From assembly GCF_988242995.1 (NCBI RefSeq), contig NZ_OZ547043.1: a stretch of DNA of 64,000 nucleotides; one strand, 5' to 3'. Below the pieces are notes generated by a model, which worked only from the letters and a program-made list of their open reading frames with translations, searched no databases and was not told the DNA's origin. The translations under genes were made by a program, and so were the position numbers. Numbering within the stretch: the stretch's first letter is position 1; each line of letters opens with the position of its first letter. Shown one piece after another: positions 1 to 9,479 of the stretch.

Positions 1-473
1 CACCTGTTGGATGCACTGGCGTGTCAAAGGGCCAACCATACTTTCGCTTTTTTTCTGGTACACGCCACCGAGCAAAATAACTTCACAAGGCGCGTCTTTC
101 AGCAAATGCGCGATGTAGCTGCTGACCGTGATGATAGTGACATTTTTCTTCTGCTCGCCCAGAGTCCGGGCGAGCAGGGCATTGCTGCTGCCATTTTCGA
201 TAAAGATGGTTTCGCCCGGTTGAACCAGTGACGCGGCAAACTCGGCGAGTTCACGCTTCAGCGTATAGTTGCTCATCATACGAGTTTCGACGTCATCACT
301 ATCAAGCGATACTGCAAAGCCATGTGCACGGCGGAGGTAACTCAGTTTTTCGAGGGTGTTGAGATCCTGGCGAATGGTAACTTCAGAAACTCCAGTGGCT
401 TTTGCCAGATCGGTTACGCTAACCTGACCCTGGTCAATGACCATCTGTAGAATAGTTTGTTGTCGGGAATTCA
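1..473 (-). CDS. yciT: DeoR-family transcriptional regulator YciT, N-terminal ~157 codons (3' end lies beyond window start)
   Basis: Minus-strand frame from ATG at 473 translates [38 protein letters not shown]... (DeoR-type HTH); sits next to yciZ/pdeR as in E. coli. Confidence 0.75.
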
Positions 474-563
474 TCGCTGTAATTCTTATAACGTTATAAT
501 ACTAAATAAAAAAATACTGACGCGCCGGGCATCCTCAAATAGGAAAACCTGAAGGCACGATTG

Positions 564-737
564 TTAAATCTCCCACGGTGCCTTCGGGATGTCTGGCGTA
601 GATTCAGCAACCTGGCGCAAGAGTTCTGCTTTAAGTATCTCGAGATTATGGATCGCAGAGTGGTAATCGCCTGCCACAAGGATATCTAACACAATATCAA
701 TACGTTCGGCAACGCGCTGGGCATCAAATTCAGACAT
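564..737 (-). CDS. yciZ: Small UPF0509-family protein YciZ (57 aa)
   Basis: ORF track 564..779; internal Met gives [57 protein letters not shown]; conserved neighbour of pdeR. Confidence 0.7.
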
Positions 738-883
738 CAAGGACATCCTTATAGCAAAAGTGGAAAAGGAATAATGCAAAAATTGCCGCTAAAAGAGAAG
801 TGTTTAACAGCAACGGCTAATTATCATCCAGTAATACGATATATAATGACGGAATATATCGCTAAGTATATATATTCATCTAC

Positions 884-2869
884 TTATGCGCGCTTCAGAT
901 AGCGTTTATACCAACGTTCGAAGGCGACGGCGGGCATCGGTTTGGCAAACAAAAATCCTTGCCGCTCATTGATCCCGTTCTTGGTTAAAAAAGCATCTTC
1001 CTTTTTACTCTCCACTCCTTCAGCGATCACCTGAAGATTCAATGCCTGGGCCACAGCGACGATCGCCCGGACCAGTGACTGCGAGACAGGTTGTTTGTGA
1101 ATATCCCGAACAAAAACCTGGTCAAGTTTGATGGCATCGATCGGAAAGCGCGCCAGTTGCGAAAGTGAAGAGTAGCCGGTACCAAAATCGTCCAGATGCA
1201 CTTGCGCACCTAGTTGGCTAAATTGTTGAATAACAGAAAGTGCCAGTTCATCATTCTCAATCAGGCAGCTCTCCGTCAGTTCAACATCAATAGGGCAGTA
1301 TTCAAAATTGAGTTCCTGGAGAACCTGTTTCAGGGCGGTGAAAATGGTTTGATCGGCGAGCTGACGTGCAGAAATGTTTACCGCCACTCGCAGGTTAATG
1401 CCTTTATCCCGCCACTTTGCCACCTGGCGTACGACATCGAGAATCACCCAACGGCCTAAAGGCACAATTAGCCCTGACTCTTCGGCGTAGGAAATGAAGT
1501 CCAACGGTGGAATCAACCCACGTTCAGGTGACTGCCAACGTACTAGTGCTTCCAGACTGCGCACTTCGCCACGCCAGGTGATTTTCGGTTGATAGTGAAT
1601 AACCAACTGATCGTTTTCCAGTGCTTTACGCAAGTTGGTATCCAGCCAGAGATATTCAAATACCCGCTGATTCATTTCTGGAGTAAAAACGCAAAATTGT
1701 CCTCGTCCGCCTTCCTTCGCTGTGTACATTGCTGTGTCGGCGTGACGAATAATAGTTGCGCTGTCCGAACCATGTTCGGGAGAGAGCGAAATACCTACTG
1801 AACAGCTGGTATAAACTTCAATTAAACCAATACGAAAGGGGAGCCGTAAGCGAGTCAAAATTCGTGATGCCATTGCTTCCAGCGCGCTTTGTGAGGTATT
1901 GGATGCGAGTACCAAAAACTCATCGCCACCTGGACGCGCCAACACCTGGTCATGTTCGAGACAGCTTAAAATAGCCAATGACACGTCGCGTAATAGCTGG
2001 TCACCAAACAAATGCCCATAGGCGTCGTTGACCTTTTTAAAATTATCCAAATCAAGATACACAACCCCAACTTTATTGTTATCTGTATGATTAATTGCGT
2101 GATCGATTAACTCCTGCATTGCGTTACGATTCGGCAGTCCGGTGATACTGTCGGTATTTGCCAGAATACGCAGTCGCTCCTGAGCGCGGCGCTCTTCGGT
2201 AATGTCGGTGCCGGAACAGATTAAAAAAATCTCGTTTTTGCCACTGCCGCTGTGGACAAATTTATTGCGAAACAGAAACAGCCGCTGGCCTTTACGTGTT
2301 GGTATCCACAGTTCGACTTCATATGCATTGCCGCTTCGAAAAAATACACGGTTATTGCGCCTGGATGCCGCAGCTTCACGACGGCTCATAAACAGTTTAA
2401 ACACGCTTTGCCCAATGACGTCGTGTTCTTTCAACCCTGTGTAATCTTCACATAACCGATTGAAGCGTTGGATATTCCCCCGGCTGTCGAGAATCACTAT
2501 TGCGGAATGTGCTTCAGAAACTACCTGCTCAGCAAAGGAAAGCCCGTGTGATAAATCACGAGCAACTGCTGGTGTGTCATGCCATGCAGACGCGTTGCCA
2601 GCCCATTCCCGTTTATTGATTTTTCGTCCTACCAGATGCACAGAAAGATCGCTTTCATCGACGGTCAGACTCATCATCAGACTGGAAGTGATGACAGTCA
2701 TTTCCCTGATGCGAGCAGCCTGTTCGGCAGATAACTGCAACGTACGTTCAGGTTCTGTGGTTTCGGTGGTAGAAAAGCGCAAAACATCGCTGCTTTCCGT
2801 TAACCGCCAGTATGGATTGTGCGATCCGAGAAAGTTGTACAACGTTGTGGACTCCCTAACGGTTTTCAT
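884..2869 (-). CDS. pdeR: c-di-GMP phosphodiesterase PdeR (PAS-GGDEF-EAL), 661 aa
   Basis: 661-aa ORF with GGDEF-like and EAL motifs (ELTES, QGF) and E. coli PdeR/YciR length and context. Confidence 0.9.
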   Translation of the reverse strand: MKTVRESTTLYNFLGSHNPYWRLTESSDVLRFSTTETTEPERTLQLSAEQAARIREMTVITSSLMMSLTVDESDLSVHLVGRKINKREWAGNASAWHDTPAVARDLSHGLSFAEQVVSEAHSAIVILDSRGNIQRFNRLCEDYTGLKEHDVIGQSVFKLFMSRREAAASRRNNRVFFRSGNAYEVELWIPTRKGQRLFLFRNKFVHSGSGKNEIFLICSGTDITEERRAQERLRILANTDSITGLPNRNAMQELIDHAINHTDNNKVGVVYLDLDNFKKVNDAYGHLFGDQLLRDVSLAILSCLEHDQVLARPGGDEFLVLASNTSQSALEAMASRILTRLRLPFRIGLIEVYTSCSVGISLSPEHGSDSATIIRHADTAMYTAKEGGRGQFCVFTPEMNQRVFEYLWLDTNLRKALENDQLVIHYQPKITWRGEVRSLEALVRWQSPERGLIPPLDFISYAEESGLIVPLGRWVILDVVRQVAKWRDKGINLRVAVNISARQLADQTIFTALKQVLQELNFEYCPIDVELTESCLIENDELALSVIQQFSQLGAQVHLDDFGTGYSSLSQLARFPIDAIKLDQVFVRDIHKQPVSQSLVRAIVAVAQALNLQVIAEGVESKKEDAFLTKNGINERQGFLFAKPMPAVAFERWYKRYLKRA

Positions 2870-3055
2870 GATGCATATCCTCCGGTTAACAGCGGAGTCC
2901 GCGGTTAAATAAAAGGAACAACATGACTTACATGAAATTAACGGCGGCTAAACGCATTGTTTTTTTTATATATTTATTTGTAATCCAGTTTTGGAAAAAC
3001 GCCAGTTTTCAAACGAAAGTCAGTTAAAAATCTGCCGGGATATGACGAAGGTGGA

Positions 3056-3093
3056 GCGGGGAAATAAACGGCCCATTCATGAGGAATGGGCCG
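3056..3093 (-). terminator. Intrinsic terminator downstream of rnb
   Basis: Perfect stem CGGCCCATT/AATGGGCCG (3069-3077 / 3085-3093) followed on the minus strand by a U-rich run, just 3' of the rnb stop. Confidence 0.5.
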
Positions 3094-3103
3094 TGAAAGG
3101 AGA

Positions 3104-5038
3104 TTACGCGACCGGGCGCGCAATAATGCTGCGGGTTTCCATGCGGACTTCGGCAATGGTGACGTCAATAACGTCAGTCACTTTATAAGCCGTTTCACCT
3201 TTAATTTGTACAGTGCCGTTTTCCTGGCTGCAAACCAGTTCATCGCGCACAGCGTGTAAGAAAGGTGCCGGAATAAAGGCAATAGCGCCGTTATCAACCA
3301 AACGCACACGCATGCCGCCACGGCTGATATCGACAATTTCCGCCGCGAAACGGGTGTCAGTCCCGGCTTTGTCTTTCAGGAAGCGTGCGTATAACCAGTC
3401 GCCAACATCACGTTCTGCCATTCGGTTGAGACGGCGACGCTCGGCCATTTGGACAGTGATTTCATCCTGCGGACGCGTCGCAGTTTCGCCTTTGATAACC
3501 GCTTTCAGCAGACGGTGGTTGATCATGTCGCCATATTTACGGATCGGCGAAGTCCAGGTGGCGTATGCCTCCAGACCGAGGCCAAAGTGAGGACCGGGTT
3601 CAGTGCTAATTTCAGCAAATGACTGGAAGCGACGAATGCGGCTGTCGAGGAAACCAGTTGGTTGCGCATCCAGTTCACGACGCAGTTTGCAGAAACCGTC
3701 CAGCGTGAGCACTTCTTCGGCATCGACATGCAGACCGTGGGTTTTCAGCAACGCTGCCAGCGCGTCGGCATTCGCCGGATCAAAGCCCATATGCACGTTA
3801 TAGATGCCAAAACCGAGCTTATCGCGCAGTACGCGGGCCGCACAAATGTTAGCGGCAATCATCGCTTCTTCGACGATACGATTGGCAATGCGACGAGGCT
3901 CGGCGACGATATCCAGCACTTCACCTTTTTCACCGAGAATAAAGCGGTAATCCGGGCGATCTTTAAATACCAGTGCGTGGTTATGACGCCACTCGCCGCG
4001 GCGTTGGCAAATTTGCGCTAACAAACGGACTTGTTCGGCAATTGCTTCACTTTCAGGCTGCCAGTCACCGGTATTTTCCAGCCAGTCAGAGACCTGGTCA
4101 TACACCAGCTTCGCTTTGGATTCGATGGTGGCGGCAAAGAATTCGATATTATCTTCAATGGTGCCATCAGCGGAGAGCGTCATGCGGCATGCCAGTACCG
4201 GGCGGACTTCATTGGCGCGCAGTGAGCAGAGATCGTCAGAAAGCTCGCGAGGCAGCATAGGGATGTTGAAGCCAGGCAGATAGTTGGTGAATGCGCGAAT
4301 TTTCGCGGCTTTGTCCAGCTTGCTGCCTTCAGCAATCCACGCGGTTGGATCGGCAATCGCCACAATCAGCTGAAGTTTGTCATCCGGCAACGCCTTAGCG
4401 AAAAGGGCGTCATCCATATCTTCTGTGCTGGCACTGTCGATGGTGACAAAATCCAGCGCGGTCAGATCTTCACGAACCAGACCTTCATCGAGCATTTCGG
4501 TAGCGACGCCGTCTGGTGCTTCTTTTTCCAGATTATGGCGCGCAAGGGTAACCCACCACGGTACAAAGTGGTCGTCACCAAAAGTGATGTATTGTGTTAG
4601 TTCAGCATAGAAAGAACGATCGCCTTTCAGCGGATGACGGCGCATTTCGGCAACCGCCCAGTCGCCTTCTTTAAACTCGTGGTTCAGGCCACGGGCTGCG
4701 CGGCAAGGAATGGCGTCTTTTAAGAGTGGATGATCAGGAACGATGGCCAGACGGTCATGTTTGCCCTGAACTTTACCCACGAAACGAGTCAGAAACGGTT
4801 CAACCAGTTCTTCTGGCTCTGCGGATTCACGTTCTTTTTCACTGTGGATAACCGCGATAATTCGGTCGCCATGCATGACTTTTTTCATCTGCGGCGGCGG
4901 AATGAAATAACTTTTTTGCGCGTCGACTTCCAGGAAGCCAAAGCCTTTTTCTGTGGCTTTTACCACCCCTTCAGCGCGTGGCGTCTGGGAATGCAGTTGC
5001 TGTTTAAGCTGCGCTAGCAGCGGGTTGTCCTGAAACAT
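3104..5038 (-). CDS. rnb: Exoribonuclease II (RNase II), 644 aa
   Basis: 644-aa ORF starting [48 protein letters not shown]; matches RNase II length and neighbourhood. Confidence 0.92.
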   Translation of the reverse strand: MFQDNPLLAQLKQQLHSQTPRAEGVVKATEKGFGFLEVDAQKSYFIPPPQMKKVMHGDRIIAVIHSEKERESAEPEELVEPFLTRFVGKVQGKHDRLAIVPDHPLLKDAIPCRAARGLNHEFKEGDWAVAEMRRHPLKGDRSFYAELTQYITFGDDHFVPWWVTLARHNLEKEAPDGVATEMLDEGLVREDLTALDFVTIDSASTEDMDDALFAKALPDDKLQLIVAIADPTAWIAEGSKLDKAAKIRAFTNYLPGFNIPMLPRELSDDLCSLRANEVRPVLACRMTLSADGTIEDNIEFFAATIESKAKLVYDQVSDWLENTGDWQPESEAIAEQVRLLAQICQRRGEWRHNHALVFKDRPDYRFILGEKGEVLDIVAEPRRIANRIVEEAMIAANICAARVLRDKLGFGIYNVHMGFDPANADALAALLKTHGLHVDAEEVLTLDGFCKLRRELDAQPTGFLDSRIRRFQSFAEISTEPGPHFGLGLEAYATWTSPIRKYGDMINHRLLKAVIKGETATRPQDEITVQMAERRRLNRMAERDVGDWLYARFLKDKAGTDTRFAAEIVDISRGGMRVRLVDNGAIAFIPAPFLHAVRDELVCSQENGTVQIKGETAYKVTDVIDVTIAEVRMETRSIIARPVA

Positions 5039-5105
5039 AATTGTCTATTTTGGTGGCCATTAGAGCGGCTGACAGTTTTACGCGAATCTGTCTGACGCGG
5101 CAAGG

Positions 5106-6233
5106 TTAATATGTCTCACCCAACGCGATTTTTAAGCGATTTATCCAGCCACACAGCCCGCTCCATACCAGCAGATTAATAATCTGCGTTGATGATTTTT
5201 CGTGTTCGAGTAAAGGGCTGAACTGGGCGGCGCTAAAGCGATCGGGTGCTCGGGTCAGCCATTGTATCGCCTGAACGGTAGCGCGCTCAACAGAATGACG
5301 GTCAGCCCATTGGTTAATTTCATTTTCGCCCTTGCGCATAAGGGTGCTGATTTTTTTATATTCATTTGATGAATCCATACAGGTGGCAAAACAAGCAGGA
5401 CTGCCATTTATACGCGCGCATAACAACGCCGCAAGCTGATTATCCGGCTGTGTATTGACCCGTGTGCTGTTTAACAACTTTTCGAGAAGGGAAAGTGAAA
5501 TAGGGTGGAGAGAGAGTATTTCGGCCAGTTGGCAAAGTTCTGCAGTTGAACTTTTTGTGTGTTCTTCAGGTAGTTTTTCCACCTCATAGCTGCTTCGCCA
5601 GCGTAATGATTCATCAGCAAACAGTGACGCGTCGGCGTAGTTTTGTATCTCCAGACCGGGTAACCAGCGTACCGGATGCCCGAGATAAGCCTGAAATGTC
5701 GCAATTGACCGCGCCTGAAAGCCAATAAAACCAATGATTTGGTTAATGATTACACAGTCCCAGACAGTAAGACCGACGTCATTCAGATGCTGGCGCGATC
5801 GGTTGTCGATAATAGAAGGCGAGCTAGCCAGTTGGCGGGCATATTGCGTGATTTGTGCTAACCGATGATTACTTTCCCTGGAGGAATCAGGCCCGGGGAG
5901 CGGCGTAAGTCGCGCCGAATAGTAGTTACATAACCGCTGGACGCCGCAAACCTGAGCAACCGTCAGGGCAGTAGACAAGCGTTCATAAGCGGTGAAGGTC
6001 TGTGAACGGGTCACGGTAAGCTGGTCAGGGAATAACTCCGCTGCAAGAACGCGCGCCGGGACCAGCCATGAAAGGAAGGGGGCCAGCGTTTTTTCATCAA
6101 GGATCACGTCGAGCAGAAAGGGATCGCTAACCTTTGCGGCTTCCGGGACCAGAGGCAGAACGTCATTCTCCGTAGTACTGGATTGCGTTTCATGATACCA
6201 GTGGCTTTTGCCGGTGATGTGGCGTTGTTCCAT
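5106..6233 (-). CDS. yciW: YciW, putative oxidoreductase (carboxymuconolactone decarboxylase-like); start uncertain (ORF extends to 6311)
   Basis: 401-aa ORF; internal Met ([15 protein letters not shown]...) gives the ~375-aa form; conserved position between rnb and fabI. Confidence 0.75.
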   Translation of the reverse strand: MEQRHITGKSHWYHETQSSTTENDVLPLVPEAAKVSDPFLLDVILDEKTLAPFLSWLVPARVLAAELFPDQLTVTRSQTFTAYERLSTALTVAQVCGVQRLCNYYSARLTPLPGPDSSRESNHRLAQITQYARQLASSPSIIDNRSRQHLNDVGLTVWDCVIINQIIGFIGFQARSIATFQAYLGHPVRWLPGLEIQNYADASLFADESLRWRSSYEVEKLPEEHTKSSTAELCQLAEILSLHPISLSLLEKLLNSTRVNTQPDNQLAALLCARINGSPACFATCMDSSNEYKKISTLMRKGENEINQWADRHSVERATVQAIQWLTRAPDRFSAAQFSPLLEHEKSSTQIINLLVWSGLCGWINRLKIALGETY

Positions 6234-6337
6234 GGGCGCTCCTTGGTCGTAAAGGAAATCGTTATCCTGACGCAAGGCGGGAAGGGGAGAAAGACGGATC
6301 GGCGATAACAAATATCAGAAAGGTATAACAGAGATAA

Positions 6338-6358
6338 CGGGCGGCAGAACGCCGCCCG
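6338..6358 (-). terminator. Candidate intrinsic terminator of fabI
   Basis: Stem CGGGCGGC/GCCGCCCG with 5-nt loop, 19 nt 3' of the fabI stop, followed on the minus strand by U-rich sequence. Confidence 0.45.
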
Positions 6359-6376
6359 TCTTGACCAACAGAACGA

Positions 6377-7165
6377 TTATTTCAGTTCGAGTTCGTTCAT
6401 TGCAGCGATGCTGAAACCGCCGTCAACGTGGACCACTTCACCGGAGATACCGGCAGAGAGATCGGAGCACAGGAATGCCGCAGAGTTACCCACATCTTCA
6501 ATGGTAACGGTACGGCGAATCGGGGTAACGGCTTCGCAATGAGCCAGCATTTTGCGGAAGTCTTTGATACCGGAAGCCGCCAGAGTACGGATCGGACCCG
6601 CAGAGATGGCGTTAACACGCACACCTTCCGGACCCATCGCGTTCGCCATATAGCGCACGTTTGCTTCCAGAGACGCTTTTGCCAGACCCATAACGTTGTA
6701 GTTCGGGATAGCGCGCTCAGCGCCAAGGTAGGAAAGGGTCAGCAGGGCAGAACCCGGATTCAGCATGGAGCGGCAAGCTTTTGCCATTGCAACGAAGCTG
6801 TAGGAGCTGATGTCGTGGGCAATTTTGAAGCCTTCACGGGTAACGGCATTAACATAGTCACCATCCAGCTGATCGCCAGGTGCAAAACCAATAGAGTGTA
6901 CGAAACCGTCAAATTTCGGCCAAACTTTCGCCAGTTCAGCGAACATGGTGTCGATGCTGGTATCTTCTGCAACATCGCACTGCAGAACGATGTCAGAACC
7001 CAATTGAGCGGCAAATTCTTCTACGCGGCCTTTCAGTTTGTCGTTCTGGTAGGTGAATGCCAGTTCAGCTCCTTCGCGGTGCATCGCCTGAGCGATACCG
7101 TAGGCGATGGACAGTTTGCTGGCAACACCGGTTACCAGAATGCGCTTACCGGAAAGAAAACCCAT
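6377..7165 (-). CDS. fabI: Enoyl-ACP reductase FabI, 262 aa
   Basis: 262-aa [59 protein letters not shown]... recognised as FabI. Confidence 0.95.
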   Translation of the reverse strand: MGFLSGKRILVTGVASKLSIAYGIAQAMHREGAELAFTYQNDKLKGRVEEFAAQLGSDIVLQCDVAEDTSIDTMFAELAKVWPKFDGFVHSIGFAPGDQLDGDYVNAVTREGFKIAHDISSYSFVAMAKACRSMLNPGSALLTLSYLGAERAIPNYNVMGLAKASLEANVRYMANAMGPEGVRVNAISAGPIRTLAASGIKDFRKMLAHCEAVTPIRRTVTIEDVGNSAAFLCSDLSAGISGEVVHVDGGFSIAAMNELELK

Positions 7166-7599
7166 AGCTTTAATCCTTATTGTTGATGCTTGTTGTGCCT
7201 GAAAATCAGGCGATTCGTCGTTTTAGTAAACAGTACGAACAGATAAACGGTTATTATAATCAACCTGGCTGTGGGTGGCTATAGTTGCGCTTTCTGTAGC
7301 GGAGAGAAGCTGCGGTACAGAGCATTTTGCGTTATCTACTCTTGACGCCTGCAAGGGGTAGGTTGGGGAAATATCTTATAGAATCTGACTCTGAAACTAT
7401 TCGTATTAGCTCCGATAAGTTTGATGATGAAAACAGAACTGGTGACAACAAGTAGCAGCCTTTCTGATGAATTGACCCCAACTTAATATTGTCAACTATC
7501 TTCACAGAATCTCCACAATCTCTTCATTATCAGAATATGCACCATGAATAAGATAAAAATACTTTCCATTACTTTGGAGAAACGTATAATCAGCAAAAA

Positions 7600-7617
7600 T
7601 GAGAACGATCATTCTCA
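7600..7617 (+). promoter_or_regulatory. Candidate promoter/operator of the TetR gene (TATAAT at 7585-7590, then imperfect palindrome TGAGAA-cgatca-TTCTCA)
   Basis: Seen in sequence: consensus -10 hexamer followed by an 18-bp imperfect inverted repeat 26 bp upstream of the ATG at 7643. Confidence 0.35.
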
Positions 7618-7642
7618 CCAAGTGATAGGCCAGGAGACAGAA

Positions 7643-8209
7643 ATGACCAGCAAACTGGAGATACGCCACAAACAGCGTCAGGATGAAATCATTAACGCCG
7701 CCCGTCGGTGTTTTCGTCGCTGCGGGTTTCATGCCGCCAGTATGTCGCAAATTGCCAGCGAAGCTCAGCTTAGCGTGGGTCAGATATATCGTTACTTCGC
7801 CAACAAAGACGCCATTATTGAAGAGATGGTTCGCCGTATCATCGACTTTCGTATTGCCCAAATGGACATTGACGCGCGTACCGATCACTTCCCGGAAGTC
7901 CTTGCCTTGCGTAAATCCTTAAATGAGGACGACGACGCGCTGATGCTGGAAGTGGCTGCAGAAGCCACACGCAATCCGCGGGTTATGGCAATGCTTGAAG
8001 AAGCTGACGCCAGAATGTTCGCTAACGGTTGTGCACATATGAAAAGAATGCATCCCCATCTTAGCGACGAGCACATTCGTTGCTGCGTTGAAGTGTTTGC
8101 TACCATGATGGAAGGTACGGTTTATCGTCGTTTAACACCGCAAAAAAGCGATCCACAACATCTGCAGGAAATATATCAGGATATTGTTAGTATGTTGATA
8201 AATAAATAA
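7643..8209 (+). CDS. TetR/AcrR-family transcriptional regulator (~188 aa)
   Basis: N-terminal TetR HTH (EIINAARRCFRRCGFHAASMSQIASEAQLSVGQIYRYFANKDAI); start chosen at ATG 7643 with GGAG Shine-Dalgarno 6 nt upstream rather than the unsupported ATG at 7544. Confidence 0.8.
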   Translation: MTSKLEIRHKQRQDEIINAARRCFRRCGFHAASMSQIASEAQLSVGQIYRYFANKDAIIEEMVRRIIDFRIAQMDIDARTDHFPEVLALRKSLNEDDDALMLEVAAEATRNPRVMAMLEEADARMFANGCAHMKRMHPHLSDEHIRCCVEVFATMMEGTVYRRLTPQKSDPQHLQEIYQDIVSMLINK

Positions 8210-8229
8210 GAACAGAATTAACCAATAGC

Positions 8230-8253
8230 GGGGGATATTAATCCCCCTTATTT
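8230..8253 (+). terminator. Intrinsic terminator after the TetR gene
   Basis: Stem GGGGGAT/ATCCCCC with ATTA loop followed by TTATTT. Confidence 0.6.
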
Positions 8254-8309
8254 CATTGCGAAATTCATTTCGCGATGCGGGTTCGTTATAACTGAATATC
8301 CCTGACATA

Positions 8310-8331
8310 TCCTCATTAATTTTAATGAGGA
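8310..8331 (+). promoter_or_regulatory. 22-bp perfect palindrome TCCTCATTAA-tt-TTAATGAGGA, candidate operator upstream of the efflux operon
   Basis: 10-bp perfect arms, 27 bp upstream of the MFP start codon and downstream of the TetR terminator. Confidence 0.4.
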
Positions 8332-8357
8332 GGGTATTTCTCACCCTGGAGAAAATA

Positions 8358-9479
8358 ATGAAGTATATAGCAACATCTGTAGTGGCAATGCTGCTCTTAT
8401 CTGGTTGTGATAATACGCAAAGTAACAATTCATCCCCGTCAGAAACAGAAGTCGGCGTTGTTACAGTCAAATCTCAACCGGTCTCGGTAGTCAGTGAATT
8501 AACCGGACGCACCAGTGCTGCGCTCAGTGCCGAAGTACGTCCGCAGGTTGGGGGAATTATCCAGAAACGCTTATTTAAGGAAGGTGATCTGGTCAAGGCT
8601 GGACAGCCGCTCTACCAGATTGATGCGGCCAGTTATCAGGCTGCATGGAATGAAGCTCGGGCAGCATTACAACAAGCACAGGCACTGGTAAAAGCCGATT
8701 GCCAGAAAGCGCAGCGTTATGCCCGACTGGTGAAAGAGAACGGTGTTTCACAACAGGATGCTGATGATGCTCAGTCTACCTGTGCACAAGATAAAGCCAG
8801 TGTAGAGGCGAAAAAAGCCGCACTGGAAACTGCGCGCATTAATCTTGACTGGACCACGGTAACCGCACCGATTTCAGGGCGCATTGGCATTTCGTCGGTA
8901 ACCCCTGGCGCACTGGTGACCGCGTCGCAAGATACAGCGTTAACGACTATTCGTGGTCTGGATACAATGTATGTCGACCTCACTCGCTCCAGTGTCGATT
9001 TATTACGTCTGCGTAAACAGTCACTGGCGACCAACAGTGACACCATGAGCGTCTCACTTATTCTGGAAGATGGCACAACCTACAGCGAAAAAGGGCGTCT
9101 GGAACTCACCGAAGTCGCTGTAGATGAGTCTACCGGTTCGGTGACATTACGGGCGATTTTCCCCAATCCACAACAGCAGTTATTACCGGGAATGTTTGTT
9201 CGCGCTCGTGTCGATGAAGGCGTGATGGAAGACGCTATTCTCGCGCCGCAACAGGGCGTCACGCGCGATGCTAAAGGCAATGCAACTGCGCTGGTGGTCA
9301 ATAAAGACAATAAAGTAGAGCAGCGAACGCTCGAAACGGGAGAAACGTATGGTGATAAATGGCTGGTGCTGAACGGCCTGCACAACGGCGACCGACTGAT
9401 TGTTGAAGGTTCTGCCAAAGTCACTTCAGGGCAGACCGTCAAGGCTGTTGAAGTTCAGGCTAATGGAGGCAACGCCTGA
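8358..9479 (+). CDS. RND efflux periplasmic adaptor (membrane fusion lipoprotein), ~373 aa
   Basis: Start ATG 8358 with GGAG Shine-Dalgarno; lipoprotein signal MKYIATSVVAMLLLSGC; HlyD/AcrA-like sequence; stop overlaps next start (TGATG). Confidence 0.8.
   Translation: MKYIATSVVAMLLLSGCDNTQSNNSSPSETEVGVVTVKSQPVSVVSELTGRTSAALSAEVRPQVGGIIQKRLFKEGDLVKAGQPLYQIDAASYQAAWNEARAALQQAQALVKADCQKAQRYARLVKENGVSQQDADDAQSTCAQDKASVEAKKAALETARINLDWTTVTAPISGRIGISSVTPGALVTASQDTALTTIRGLDTMYVDLTRSSVDLLRLRKQSLATNSDTMSVSLILEDGTTYSEKGRLELTEVAVDESTGSVTLRAIFPNPQQQLLPGMFVRARVDEGVMEDAILAPQQGVTRDAKGNATALVVNKDNKVEQRTLETGETYGDKWLVLNGLHNGDRLIVEGSAKVTSGQTVKAVEVQANGGNA

Noticed and set aside
2460-2912. 150-aa plus-strand ORF
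   Set aside because: Antisense to the pdeR coding region; Cys/Arg/Ser-rich low-complexity translation; shadow ORF.
6428-7186. 252-aa plus-strand ORF
   Set aside because: Entirely antisense to fabI, whose protein is unmistakable; no Shine-Dalgarno; typical shadow ORF.
7544-7642. Upstream in-frame ATG that would give a 221-aa TetR protein
   Set aside because: No Shine-Dalgarno before the 7544 ATG, and it would put 33 residues ahead of the HTH; the ATG at 7643 has a GGAG site and normal TetR geometry.
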